The translations under genes and the position numbers were made by a program. The notes beneath the pieces were generated by a model, which had not been told where the DNA came from, did not search any database, and worked only from the letters and a program-made list of their open reading frames with translations. A DNA stretch of 64,000 nt from Myxococcota bacterium (GTDB lineage: Bacteria; Myxococcota_C; UBA6777). Location of the stretch: the NCBI GenBank assembly GCA_023150835.1, contig JAKLKB010000001.1, forward strand, positions 62,001 through 126,000, given 5' to 3'. Each line of letters opens with the position of its first letter. Positions within the stretch are counted from its first letter, which is position 1. Shown here one piece after another: positions 17,868-27,043 of the stretch.

Positions 17868-20800
17868 TCACTCGGATATCGTGCAACGTGTGCTGGGTTG
17901 GGGGGATGGTTTGGGAGAGCGGCGTTGTCGGAGGGCAAAGATCAACAGAAAGAAGAGGAAGAAGGCAGGGGAGGAGGGAGAGGAGCCTTGGCAACCGCAG
18001 CCACCACCGGGGGTTTTGGTGTCGGCGTTATTTTCGTTGCTTTGGCCGATCTCTTTGGTGCTGTCGTCATTGGTGTTGCCATCGTTGGTGCTGTCGTCAT
18101 TGGTGTTGCCATCGTTGGTGTTGCCGTCGTTGGTGTTGCTATCGTTGGTGTTGCCATCGTTGGTGCCGCCGTCGTCGGTGGGTTCGTTTGTTTTGGCTTC
18201 TTGGTGGGTTTCGGAGGGATTGGAGGATTGGATGTGAAAGGTCCAAGTGTCGGACCAAGGGCCGTTTTCTTTGCCGTCGTGAGCGCGAGCGCGCCAATGG
18301 TAGGTTTTCCCTGCCTCGAGTCCTGCGGGTTGCCAAGAGACGGAGTTGTTGGTGGGAAGGAGTTGATTGTTTTCGATCACATCGTTGGAAAAGTCTTTTT
18401 GTGTGGAGAGTTGGAAGTGGTAGGTGAGTTTGTCTTTGTCGGGATCGGAGGATTCGGCGGCGCGCAAGGTGGCTTGGATGGAGGGAAGGGTGTTTCCGTT
18501 GGTGGGTTCTTGGAGGATGGGTGCGGTGGGTAGGTCATTTTTGCTGTTGACAAAGAATTCGCCACCGAAGACCCAAGGTGTGGTGGTCTTTCCGTCGGAT
18601 GCGCGGGTGCGCCAGAAGTAAGCTGTATTTTCTTTGAGCGGGGCAGCGGGTTTCCACGTGGTGATGCCGCTGGCGTCTTGTGCGATCTTGTCTTTTGCGA
18701 TCTTGTCGGTGCTATCGAAGGTTTTGACGGTATCGACCTCGATCGCGAGGGTGACAGGTTCGTTATCAGGATCGATGGAGTTGATGACTTCAAAGTCGGG
18801 TGGGTTGGTGGAAACGGTGTCGGCGTCTTTGGGTTTACGGGGTTGAGGTGCGGAGGGGGCTTTGTTGGCGAGGGAGACGGTGAACGAGGCGGGATTCATC
18901 CAAGGCCCGTCAGCGCCCGCTGTATCGGTGGCTTTGGCGCGCCAGTAGTAGAGCGTGTTGTCGGTGAGTTGGACATCGACTTTCCAGCTTGTTGCGCCAG
19001 AGCGGCCTTCGGTGACGGCGGCAGAACGGGAGAGGACTTGTTGGAAGTTTTTGTCGGTGGCGATCTCAAAGCGATAGACGAGGGCGGAGGCTTCGGGGTC
19101 GGTGGCGTTGGTGACTTCGAGGGTGGGTTGGAGGGAGGCGACTTGGCCGCCATCGACGGGCGAAGAGAGTGCGGGTGCGGTGGGCGGGTCGTTTTGAGCG
19201 TTGACGGTGAAAGAGAAGACAGCGGACCAAGGGCTTTGTAGGGAGCCATCGGAGGCTTGTGCGCGCCAGTAGTAGGTTTTGTTTTCTTGGAGGGGTGGTG
19301 TGACGGTCCATTGCGTGGTGTTGGGGGTTTCGGGGACGCTTTGGGAGGCGATCTTTTGGGCAAAGTTGGCGTCGGTGGCGACTTCAAAGGTGTAGGTGAG
19401 TTTGTCGCCGTCTGCGTCGGTGCTGTTGGTGAGGGTGAGAGCGGGAGTGAGTGAAGTGGCGGTGGCGGCGTTGGCGGGAGAAGTGAGGGTGGGTGCGGTG
19501 GGTGCTTGTCCTTGGGTGATCTGGAGCGAGGCGATGCCCTTGATGCCGTTGCTTTCGGCGGTGACGGTGACGGAACCTGCGGTGTTGGGGGCGGTATAGA
19601 GGCCGACTTGTGTGATCGTGCCGCTGCTTGCGCTCCATGTGACGGTTCCAAGGGCGATCGGTTGTCCGTTGGTGTCTTCGCCTGTGGCGGTGAAGGTTTG
19701 TTGGGCGTTGACCTTGAGGGTGGCGGTAGCGGGAGAGACGTTGATCTTGGCGAGTGTTGCGGCTTTTTTGATGATCACGGAGGCGTTGCCGTTGATGCCT
19801 CCAGCGGTGGCCGTCACGGTAAAGGTGCCTTCGGTGGTGCCGGCGGTAAAGGTGGCTTGGGTGCGGAGTCCTCCGCTCGGGGCGATGCTTCCGCCACCAC
19901 CGGGGAGAGACCAGCTAAAACTGGTGCCAGAGATGCGTTGGTTGTTGCTATCGTAGGCGGAGGCGGTGAAGAGTTGTTGCCCGTTGGGTTGGAGTGTGGC
20001 GCTGACGGGTGTGACGGTGACGGAAGCAACGGCAGGGCCAGAGGGCGTCACTTCGACGGTGGCGTAACCACGGATGTTTCCGCTGCGGGCTTCGACGGTG
20101 TTGGCAAAGGTTCCGGGCGTGGTGTTGGCGGTGAAAAGCCCCGTGGGATCGATGGTTCCACCGCCTGCGATCACGGCCCATGTGACGGAGGGGGTGGTGG
20201 CGAGGGTGTTGTTGTAGCGATCTTTTCCAACGACGGAGAATTGTTGTGTTTTGTTGATTTGGACTTGGGCGGGGTTGGGGGAGACTTCGAGTTTGTTGAG
20301 ATCGTTGGGGATGATCTCGACGTCTCCTGTTCCTGAGACGCCATCGACGGTTGCGGTGATACTGGCGGGATAGGTGCCTGCGATTGTTCCTGCGGAAAGC
20401 GTACCATCCGAGGTGATGGTGCCTGCGTTGGGAGTTGCGGTCCATGCGACGGATTTGTTCGTGATGATATTGCCGTATTGATCGGTAATACGGGCTGTCA
20501 CCTTTGCGCTTTCTCCCGCTTTGACGGTAGTTTTTGTGGGCAAGACTTCCACTTTGGTGGTGGGTCCGGGGAGAACATTGACGGTGGCGTAGCCTTTGAT
20601 GCTGCCCGAAGTGGCCTCGATGGTGCTGGTGTAGGTTTTGGCGGTGGTGTTGGCCGTAAAGAGTCCTGTGGCCGAGAGAGTCCCGCCGCCGTTGACGAGC
20701 GCCCAAGTAAAGGTCAACCCGTTCACTTGGCTGCCGTTGCTATCGTAGCCTATGGCGGTGAATTGTTGGCTTTGTCCGACGACAAGGTTGGCGGGTGTTG

Positions 20801-22766
20801 GGGTGACGACGATCTGGGCGAGGATCGGCTGGAAGGGGAGTGCGCCAAGGTCCGAGCCATCGGTTCCTTTTTGGCGTGCGGGGCTGTTGCTGGTGAGGTT
20901 GAAGTCGTCGGTGGTTTCGTTAACGAAGAGAGGGTTGGAGATCACGGTATTGGTGCAGGTGACGCGCTCAACGGTGGTGCCAGAGGTATCCCAGATCAGG
21001 TTGTTTTTGCAGGTGGGCATATAGGTGGTGCTGGCGTTGTAGAAGTCTGTGCTGGCGGAGTAGTTTTTGGAGAGGATATTGTTTTGGACGGTGACGATAC
21101 CGCCGCTGGCGCCGACGTTTGTGTAGAGTCCGTAGTAGGTGTTGAGAGTGATCGTGTTGTGATCGAGCAGCGTGAGGCCCGAAGCGTTGGTCGAAGAGAT
21201 GTACACGGCGTAGGTGCTGGTATTTCGATAGATCTGTGTGAATGTGATGCGGGTGGTGGCGTTGTTGGAGTAGAGGCCGTTGGTGTTGCGATGAACTTTT
21301 CCTCGAACCAGCGAGAGTTCCGCGCTGCTGCTTGCGTAGAAGGCGTACTGTGCGGTGTTGGTGATCTCGATATCGCTTGCGTCGAGGATGCCCGATGATT
21401 CGGCGGATGCGCCGTACTGTCCATCGCGCAGCAAGACATCGCGGAAACTGGCCTTTCCACCAGACAACACGCGGATGCCGTACCAGATGCCACGAGAGGT
21501 CGAAGCGCCTTTGAGTTCGGCGCGTTGACTGGAGGTGCCTTGGGCGATCAAGTTTCCTTGAACGACGATCTCGGCGCGGGCGGGATCGGCCCCCCCGACC
21601 ATATCGTCGGTGGATGCGGAGATTCGTGCGCCTGCTTGGAGAGTGAGTGTGATGCCGGGCGGAACGAGGAGATCGCCTGTGAGGGTGTAATCGCCCGCAG
21701 GAAGGGTGAGATCTTGGAAGAGTTTTCCGTGTAGGACGTTGGTGACTTGGGCGGTCCATTGGAAGGCACCGAGATCGACGCCGTTGATGCCGGCTTTTCG
21801 GGCGGGAGAGCGGTCGTAGAGGCGGAAGTCATCGGTGGTTTCGTTGACGAAGAGGGGGTTGTAGACGGTGGTGTCGGTGCAATTGGCGCGCTCAACGGTG
21901 GTGCCGGAAGTGTCCCAGATCAGGTTGTTTTTGCAGGTAGGCATATAGGTGGTGCTGGCGTTGTAGAAGTCTGTGCTGGTGGAGTAGTTTTTGGAGAGGA
22001 TGTTGTTTTGGACGGTGACGGTACCGCCGCTGGCACCGACGTTTGTGTAAAGCCCGTAGTAGGTGTTGAGAGTGATCGTGTTGTTGTCGAGGAGGGTTTC
22101 GCCCGAGGCGGTGGTGGAGGAGACGTAGACGGCGTAGGTGCTGGTGTTTCGGTACACGAGAGAGCCGCGCATCGTGAGTTTTGCGTTGTTGGTGTAGACG
22201 CCGTTGCTGTTGCGGTGGATGTTGGCGCGAGTGAGGGTGGGGATGGAGCCTGCGGAGGCGTAAACGGCGTATTGTGCGGTGTTTGTGATCTCGGTGTCGG
22301 TCACGTTGGAGGTTGCGCTACCTTCGAGGTAGAGGCCGTATTGGGCATCGCGGATCAAAGCGTGGCTGAGTGTCGCGTTGACGTTGGTTGCGATGCGGAT
22401 CCCGTACCAACAACCTCGCGTCGTTCCTGTTTCGCAGCGAAATTGGATGCGTTCGTTGGAAGTTCCGTTGGCGACGAGGCTTCCGTTGAGGATGAGTTCT
22501 ACACGTGCGGTGTCGTTGCCGCTGACAGAGCCGTCGCTTGAGCGAAACAAGACCTCGACGCCGGGATCGATGGTCAACGTCACGCCTGTGTTGACGGTCA
22601 GGTCACCTGTGACAATGACGGGAGATTGGGCTTTGGTCCATTGTGTGTTGGTGTAGAGGGTGCCAGAAACCGTGATGGCATGGGCTTTTGTGGAAAATCC
22701 AAGCAGAAGAAAGACAAAGAGCTTTGTCAGCACAAGAAGAGAGAAAGAAAGAGACCGATGTTTCAT
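17868..22766 (-). CDS. Large cell-surface protein: two beta-helix modules, Ig-like (Big_2) repeats, Fn3-like repeats, MYXO-CTERM-like tail
   Basis: Signal peptide, duplicated parallel beta-helix block, repeated VTP..A.L..G..QQFTA..YD, four YYWRA repeats, NDGNT linker, GGGCGC + TM + RQRR at the C-terminus. Confidence 0.88.
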   Translation of the reverse strand: MKHRSLSFSLLVLTKLFVFLLLGFSTKAHAITVSGTLYTNTQWTKAQSPVIVTGDLTVNTGVTLTIDPGVEVLFRSSDGSVSGNDTARVELILNGSLVANGTSNERIQFRCETGTTRGCWYGIRIATNVNATLSHALIRDAQYGLYLEGSATSNVTDTEITNTAQYAVYASAGSIPTLTRANIHRNSNGVYTNNAKLTMRGSLVYRNTSTYAVYVSSTTASGETLLDNNTITLNTYYGLYTNVGASGGTVTVQNNILSKNYSTSTDFYNASTTYMPTCKNNLIWDTSGTTVERANCTDTTVYNPLFVNETTDDFRLYDRSPARKAGINGVDLGAFQWTAQVTNVLHGKLFQDLTLPAGDYTLTGDLLVPPGITLTLQAGARISASTDDMVGGADPARAEIVVQGNLIAQGTSSQRAELKGASTSRGIWYGIRVLSGGKASFRDVLLRDGQYGASAESSGILDASDIEITNTAQYAFYASSSAELSLVRGKVHRNTNGLYSNNATTRITFTQIYRNTSTYAVYISSTNASGLTLLDHNTITLNTYYGLYTNVGASGGIVTVQNNILSKNYSASTDFYNASTTYMPTCKNNLIWDTSGTTVERVTCTNTVISNPLFVNETTDDFNLTSNSPARQKGTDGSDLGALPFQPILAQIVVTPTPANLVVGQSQQFTAIGYDSNGSQVNGLTFTWALVNGGGTLSATGLFTANTTAKTYTSTIEATSGSIKGYATVNVLPGPTTKVEVLPTKTTVKAGESAKVTARITDQYGNIITNKSVAWTATPNAGTITSDGTLSAGTIAGTYPASITATVDGVSGTGDVEIIPNDLNKLEVSPNPAQVQINKTQQFSVVGKDRYNNTLATTPSVTWAVIAGGGTIDPTGLFTANTTPGTFANTVEARSGNIRGYATVEVTPSGPAVASVTVTPVSATLQPNGQQLFTASAYDSNNQRISGTSFSWSLPGGGGSIAPSGGLRTQATFTAGTTEGTFTVTATAGGINGNASVIIKKAATLAKINVSPATATLKVNAQQTFTATGEDTNGQPIALGTVTWSASSGTITQVGLYTAPNTAGSVTVTAESNGIKGIASLQITQGQAPTAPTLTSPANAATATSLTPALTLTNSTDADGDKLTYTFEVATDANFAQKIASQSVPETPNTTQWTVTPPLQENKTYYWRAQASDGSLQSPWSAVFSFTVNAQNDPPTAPALSSPVDGGQVASLQPTLEVTNATDPEASALVYRFEIATDKNFQQVLSRSAAVTEGRSGATSWKVDVQLTDNTLYYWRAKATDTAGADGPWMNPASFTVSLANKAPSAPQPRKPKDADTVSTNPPDFEVINSIDPDNEPVTLAIEVDTVKTFDSTDKIAKDKIAQDASGITTWKPAAPLKENTAYFWRTRASDGKTTTPWVFGGEFFVNSKNDLPTAPILQEPTNGNTLPSIQATLRAAESSDPDKDKLTYHFQLSTQKDFSNDVIENNQLLPTNNSVSWQPAGLEAGKTYHWRARAHDGKENGPWSDTWTFHIQSSNPSETHQEAKTNEPTDDGGTNDGNTNDSNTNDGNTNDGNTNDDSTNDGNTNDDSTKEIGQSNENNADTKTPGGGCGCQGSSPSSPAFFLFFLLIFALRQRRSPKPSPQPSTRCTISE

Positions 22767-22929
22767 GGAAAATTCTCCGATGGATGCACACGCGGATGTT
22801 GTGGAACGATGCGTTGCGGTGAGATTGCGGGGATATCAGCGTAGTGTGGGGGCGGCGAAAAGGCAAGAGCAGGTGTGTGATCTTGATCTTTGAGCGGATC
22901 TTGGAGAGGATGCGCGGTCGAGAAAAGTC

Positions 22930-24342
22930 ATGGACAGCGAATATCGCGGAGGTTTCGGTATGACAGAGCAGGTATTCAACAGTCAAACGGTCGAGGAAGC
23001 GCCCTTTTCGGTGCAGACATGGGAGCGCGAAGCGTTGTCGCATTTCAAGGCGTTGCTGCGGATCCCGACAGTGAATCCGCCCGGCAACGAACGCCCTGCT
23101 GCGGCGTATATAGCAGGGGTTTTGGAGGCGAGCGGGATCGCGACAACGATCTTGGAGTCCGCACCGCAACGGGCGAATCTAATCGCTCGCTTGGAGGGGG
23201 ATGGTTCGGCCAAGCCGTTGCTGCTGGCGGGACATACCGATGTAGTGCCGGTGGATCGGGAGCATTGGAAGCATGATCCTTTTGGTGCCGTCGAGGCGGA
23301 CGGACATATCTGGGCACGAGGTGCGTTGGATATGAAGAACATGGTTGCGATGTCGATGATGGTGTTGTTGCGCCTCAAAGCGGAGGGAGTGAGGCTGGCG
23401 AGGGATGTGATCTTTTGCGCGGTAGCGGACGAAGAAGAAGGGTGTCGGTATGGCTCGCGTTTTTTGGTGGACGAGCATCCCGAGAAGGTGCGTGCGGAAT
23501 ACATGATCGGAGAAGTCGGTGGTTTCACGATGTACGTCAACGGCGTGACGTTGTACCCGATCCAAGTGGCCGAAAAAGGTCGTGTGAAGTTGCGGATGAT
23601 CGCACGTGGGGAACCCGGACACGGCTCGATGCCCAAGCGCGATAGCGCGGTGATCCGCCTAGCAGAAGCGGTGGAAAAAGTGGGTAAGTCACGATTGCCG
23701 CAACACAATACGCCGATCGTCGAAGCTTTTTTGTCGAAGCTGGCAGACACGCAAAAGCTGCCTGTGGGGATGATCCTCAAACTCTTGACCCAACCACAAG
23801 TCAGCAATCTTTTGCTAGACAAGGTGATCCCGAAAGGACTGGCCGCGACCTTTTATGCGCTGTTACACAACACTGCCTCACCGACCATTCTCCAAGCAGG
23901 CGTAAAGTTGAATGTGATCCCTTCGGAAGCAACGTGCTTGTTGGATGGTCGGCTGTTGCCGGGATTCTCGGGGGCCGATCTGGTGCGCGAGTTGAGGGCC
24001 GTCACAGGCGATGCTGTCGAGTTCATCATCGACGAAGAAGCGCCAGCGGTGGTCAATCCTTATCACACGGATCTTTACCGCTTGATCGAGCGAAAGATCC
24101 GCCAGCACGACGGTGCAGGGATCCCGATTCCGTACATGATTCCGGGCTTTACAGACGCCTGTCAATTTTCCCGCCTTGGCACGGTGTGTTATGGGTTTTC
24201 GCCCCTCCAATTGCCGAAAGATGCCGATTATACGTTCTCTCAGCTTTTTCATGGGCACAATGAGCGCGTTCCTGTCGAGGGATTTTTGTGGGGGCTGCGC
24301 GTGCTCTACGACACCATCAAGACTTTTTGCCAAGCTGGTTAG
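22930..24342 (+). CDS. M20/M25/M40 family metallo-hydrolase (ArgE/DapE-like)
   Basis: GHTDVVP, RGALDMK, DEEEG, GHGSMP, HGHNER. Start may be 22960. Confidence 0.9.
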   Translation: MDSEYRGGFGMTEQVFNSQTVEEAPFSVQTWEREALSHFKALLRIPTVNPPGNERPAAAYIAGVLEASGIATTILESAPQRANLIARLEGDGSAKPLLLAGHTDVVPVDREHWKHDPFGAVEADGHIWARGALDMKNMVAMSMMVLLRLKAEGVRLARDVIFCAVADEEEGCRYGSRFLVDEHPEKVRAEYMIGEVGGFTMYVNGVTLYPIQVAEKGRVKLRMIARGEPGHGSMPKRDSAVIRLAEAVEKVGKSRLPQHNTPIVEAFLSKLADTQKLPVGMILKLLTQPQVSNLLLDKVIPKGLAATFYALLHNTASPTILQAGVKLNVIPSEATCLLDGRLLPGFSGADLVRELRAVTGDAVEFIIDEEAPAVVNPYHTDLYRLIERKIRQHDGAGIPIPYMIPGFTDACQFSRLGTVCYGFSPLQLPKDADYTFSQLFHGHNERVPVEGFLWGLRVLYDTIKTFCQAG

Positions 24343-24537
24343 CTTTGTCGAAGATCTCTTGAGCGGAGGACGAAGGGGCAGGGGTTGAAAATGTTTGCAG
24401 CGGTGTTAGTTTGGGGGAGCGGCAGCGGGATGCGAGGTGGGTTGTGGCGTGGCCGTTGCGGGCTTTGAACGAAGTCGAAAAGTCGCGATACACCGAAAGA
24501 AGCGAGGCATGGCTTCGCGAACGAAAGGGAGGAGAGG

Positions 24538-25602
24538 ATGTCGCGTTATCGAGGAAGACCCGAGCGTTACGAAGTGCGAGAAGGCTACCAAGGAGAAGTG
24601 TATCCACGTCAAGCAGGGCCGAATATGGCGTGGTTTTGGTTGATCGCGGCTTTGGTGGTGGCGGCGGGTGTTGTGGTGTACATACTTTTGGCGGAGACGA
24701 CTCCGCCGCAGCCGATGGTCGGGCGTTATATCAGCGGGCAGCCTTATCAAAGAGGAGGTGTGCCAACCTCGATGCCATCGCATCCAGCGATGCAGGCCGT
24801 CGAAGTGGGCGATCCCAAGATCGATCTCAAGTCGGTGGAGGAGGCGTTGTGGACCACCAAGGGCAAAGACGAGAAGGATTTTGAAGGGTGGATGAAGCGT
24901 TTTGAGGACGAAGTCAACGCGATCTATTTCGCGACGTTGAAGCGCCAGAAACCGAACGCCGATCCAACCACATTGTTGCCCAAGCCTGTGCGTGTGGACC
25001 CCAAACGCAACAATGATCTGCTCACTTTGTACGGATACATCGACGAAAACAACAAACCCGGTTATCAAAATGGCGAAGACAAGCTGATCTTTGCTTTTCA
25101 ACAAACCAAGCCATACAACAAAGATACGCGACAGCTTGCGTACTCTTTGCGCGATGGTTCGGGTTATTACTATCGCCAACCTGATTATGCTTATTCGGTC
25201 TCGGCGGGGATGACGCCCTTCTTTGTGGGATTTTTCTTGTATCCGATGATCTGGCATGCGGTGTGGTGGCGGGCGTCTTTTGGTTGGTACGGATCGCCGT
25301 ACTGGTGGCGTGGTGGGGCGTTTGCGGGGCGTTATGGCTATTATTATGGACGTTATCCCGCCTACTACGGGCATTATCGAACGACGTATTATTCGCATCA
25401 TCGACCGATGGGTTGGAATCGCGGCGTGTATTATCGCCGAGGCCCGAGTGGACGTTATGTTGCGCCCGGAGCAGCGGCGCGTTATCGGCGTTCGCAGTCT
25501 TACGGTGGGGCGCGTTATGGGAGTCCGGCGGGTGGGTCGCGTTATGGTGGGGGCCGTAGCTATGGTGGGTCGCGCAGCGGGGGTGGCGGCGGGAAGTGGT
25601 GA
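24538..25602 (+). CDS. Membrane-anchored hypothetical protein with Tyr/Gly/Arg low-complexity tail
   Basis: Strong SD GGAGGAG, N-terminal TM, globular middle, YGG/RYG-rich C-terminus. Confidence 0.8.
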   Translation: MSRYRGRPERYEVREGYQGEVYPRQAGPNMAWFWLIAALVVAAGVVVYILLAETTPPQPMVGRYISGQPYQRGGVPTSMPSHPAMQAVEVGDPKIDLKSVEEALWTTKGKDEKDFEGWMKRFEDEVNAIYFATLKRQKPNADPTTLLPKPVRVDPKRNNDLLTLYGYIDENNKPGYQNGEDKLIFAFQQTKPYNKDTRQLAYSLRDGSGYYYRQPDYAYSVSAGMTPFFVGFFLYPMIWHAVWWRASFGWYGSPYWWRGGAFAGRYGYYYGRYPAYYGHYRTTYYSHHRPMGWNRGVYYRRGPSGRYVAPGAAARYRRSQSYGGARYGSPAGGSRYGGGRSYGGSRSGGGGGKW

Positions 25603-25682
25603 GGCGGGTGGGGGTTGGGGAGAGCGAAGGCAACAGCAGCGTCATGGATGGATTCTATTGGGTTGGGATATCTGTGGTGCGT

Positions 25683-26219
25683 TTACTTTTTGGGTTTTCC
25701 CGGGGTCCAGTTGGGGACGATGTTTTCACCGGCGTGTTTGAGTTTGAGGGGGACGAGTTTGCGGTTGAAAGCGCGGCGTCGAAAGACGATATCGAGTCCG
25801 TTTTTTTGGGCATCTTCGAGGAAGGAGGGATGGGGTTTGTCAAAGGGAGAGGCTTTGTAAACGGCCTTGAGAAGGGAGTGATCAAAGGCATCAAGCCCGC
25901 TGGATTGAGCGATCTTGATCTTTTGTAATTTGCCTTGGGCATCGATCCACAACGTGAGGGTGGTGCTGCGTTTGTGGATGTCCATCAGAGGGAGTTTTTG
26001 GATATCCCAAGATCTTTGGATCTTGTCGTGGAGGTGGACGAGATAGCGCGCTGTGAGGGCGAGCGCAGAGGTGTCGTTGTTTGTGGCGGTGGGGTTGGTG
26101 GGTGTGTGCGTGGCGGTGGGCGGCTGTTTTTTTTCTTCTGCATGAAGCGAGGGAGTGCAAAGAAACCAAGCGAAGAAAAAGGCGAAAACCAAGGCGGATG
26201 CGGTTTGTTGTGATCGCAC
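25683..26219 (-). CDS. TonB/TolA C-terminal domain protein
   Basis: Y...HDKIQRSW, IDAQGKL..IKIAQSSG..AFD....AV.KASPF. GTG start at 26219 with GAGAGG SD and a signal peptide. Confidence 0.75.
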   Translation of the reverse strand: MRSQQTASALVFAFFFAWFLCTPSLHAEEKKQPPTATHTPTNPTATNNDTSALALTARYLVHLHDKIQRSWDIQKLPLMDIHKRSTTLTLWIDAQGKLQKIKIAQSSGLDAFDHSLLKAVYKASPFDKPHPSFLEDAQKNGLDIVFRRRAFNRKLVPLKLKHAGENIVPNWTPGKPKK

Positions 26220-26340
26220 GGCGTTCCTCTCGACAAGGGGGTTTGGGTGATCGAGGTGATGGGCGATGATATCGAGCGAGGTGATCGAAGCGGTCAGGCG
26301 AGGTGTTGCGTTGTTTGTCCTTTGAGGAGACAGCACCTTC

Positions 26341-26946
26341 TTATTCTTTGAGGACACAGCGCCCATCGGAGTTACAGAAAAAATCTTCGTTGGGGCAATC
26401 GCTGCTGTCGGAGCAAGAAGGTTCTTCGACCTTGATCTCGCAGCGGCGTTGGACGCAAGCAAAACCTTGATCGCAGTCTTCGGCGACTTCGCAACGTTTG
26501 CCGACGCGACAGACGTTGCCGAAGCGTTCGTCGCAGATCAGGCTGGTGGGGTCGGGGCAGTCGTTGTCGACTTGGCAGGGAGAGCCTTCGCCGTTGCGGG
26601 TGCAGTATCCGCTTTTACAGGAGAGTCCTTGGGCGCAGGGCTTGGTGATCTGGTCGCATTCGATCAAAAGCTGTTTGGGGACGCAGAGGTCAAAGCGGCA
26701 TGCGGTATTGCTTGGGCAATCGGCGTTGTCTTTGCAGCCTTGTTTGGAAACGTCGATGCATACGCCGCGATCGCAAAACAGTCCGGGGATACATTCGTAG
26801 GTGCGAAGGCAGGATTGGCCTTGGGTAAAGTTAAAGCCGCAAGAGGCGAAGATGCCGAAAAGGCCCGTGAGTACGATACCGCGAACAAGCCACAAGCAGA
26901 GGCGATATCGGGAGGTGGAAAGAAGATTCGGACGGAAGCGTTCCAT
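26341..26946 (-). CDS. Cys-rich repeat lipoprotein
   Basis: Lipobox-like FASC, then about six C-x4-5-C-x5-C-x4-C modules typical of myxobacterial extracellular proteins. Confidence 0.8.
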   Translation of the reverse strand: MERFRPNLLSTSRYRLCLWLVRGIVLTGLFGIFASCGFNFTQGQSCLRTYECIPGLFCDRGVCIDVSKQGCKDNADCPSNTACRFDLCVPKQLLIECDQITKPCAQGLSCKSGYCTRNGEGSPCQVDNDCPDPTSLICDERFGNVCRVGKRCEVAEDCDQGFACVQRRCEIKVEEPSCSDSSDCPNEDFFCNSDGRCVLKE

Positions 26947-27043
26947 CGAACAATCCTTTTGAGGGCAGCCAGTTGTGTGGAAAAGATCTGCTGCGTCTGT
27001 TTCGGGAGGTGTAGCAGAAGTTGGCGATCACAGCAAGACGGCC

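Noticed and set aside
17813-18427. Cys/Trp-rich ORF with (WCCRH)n
   Set aside because: Antisense reading of the NDGNT repeat of the surface protein.
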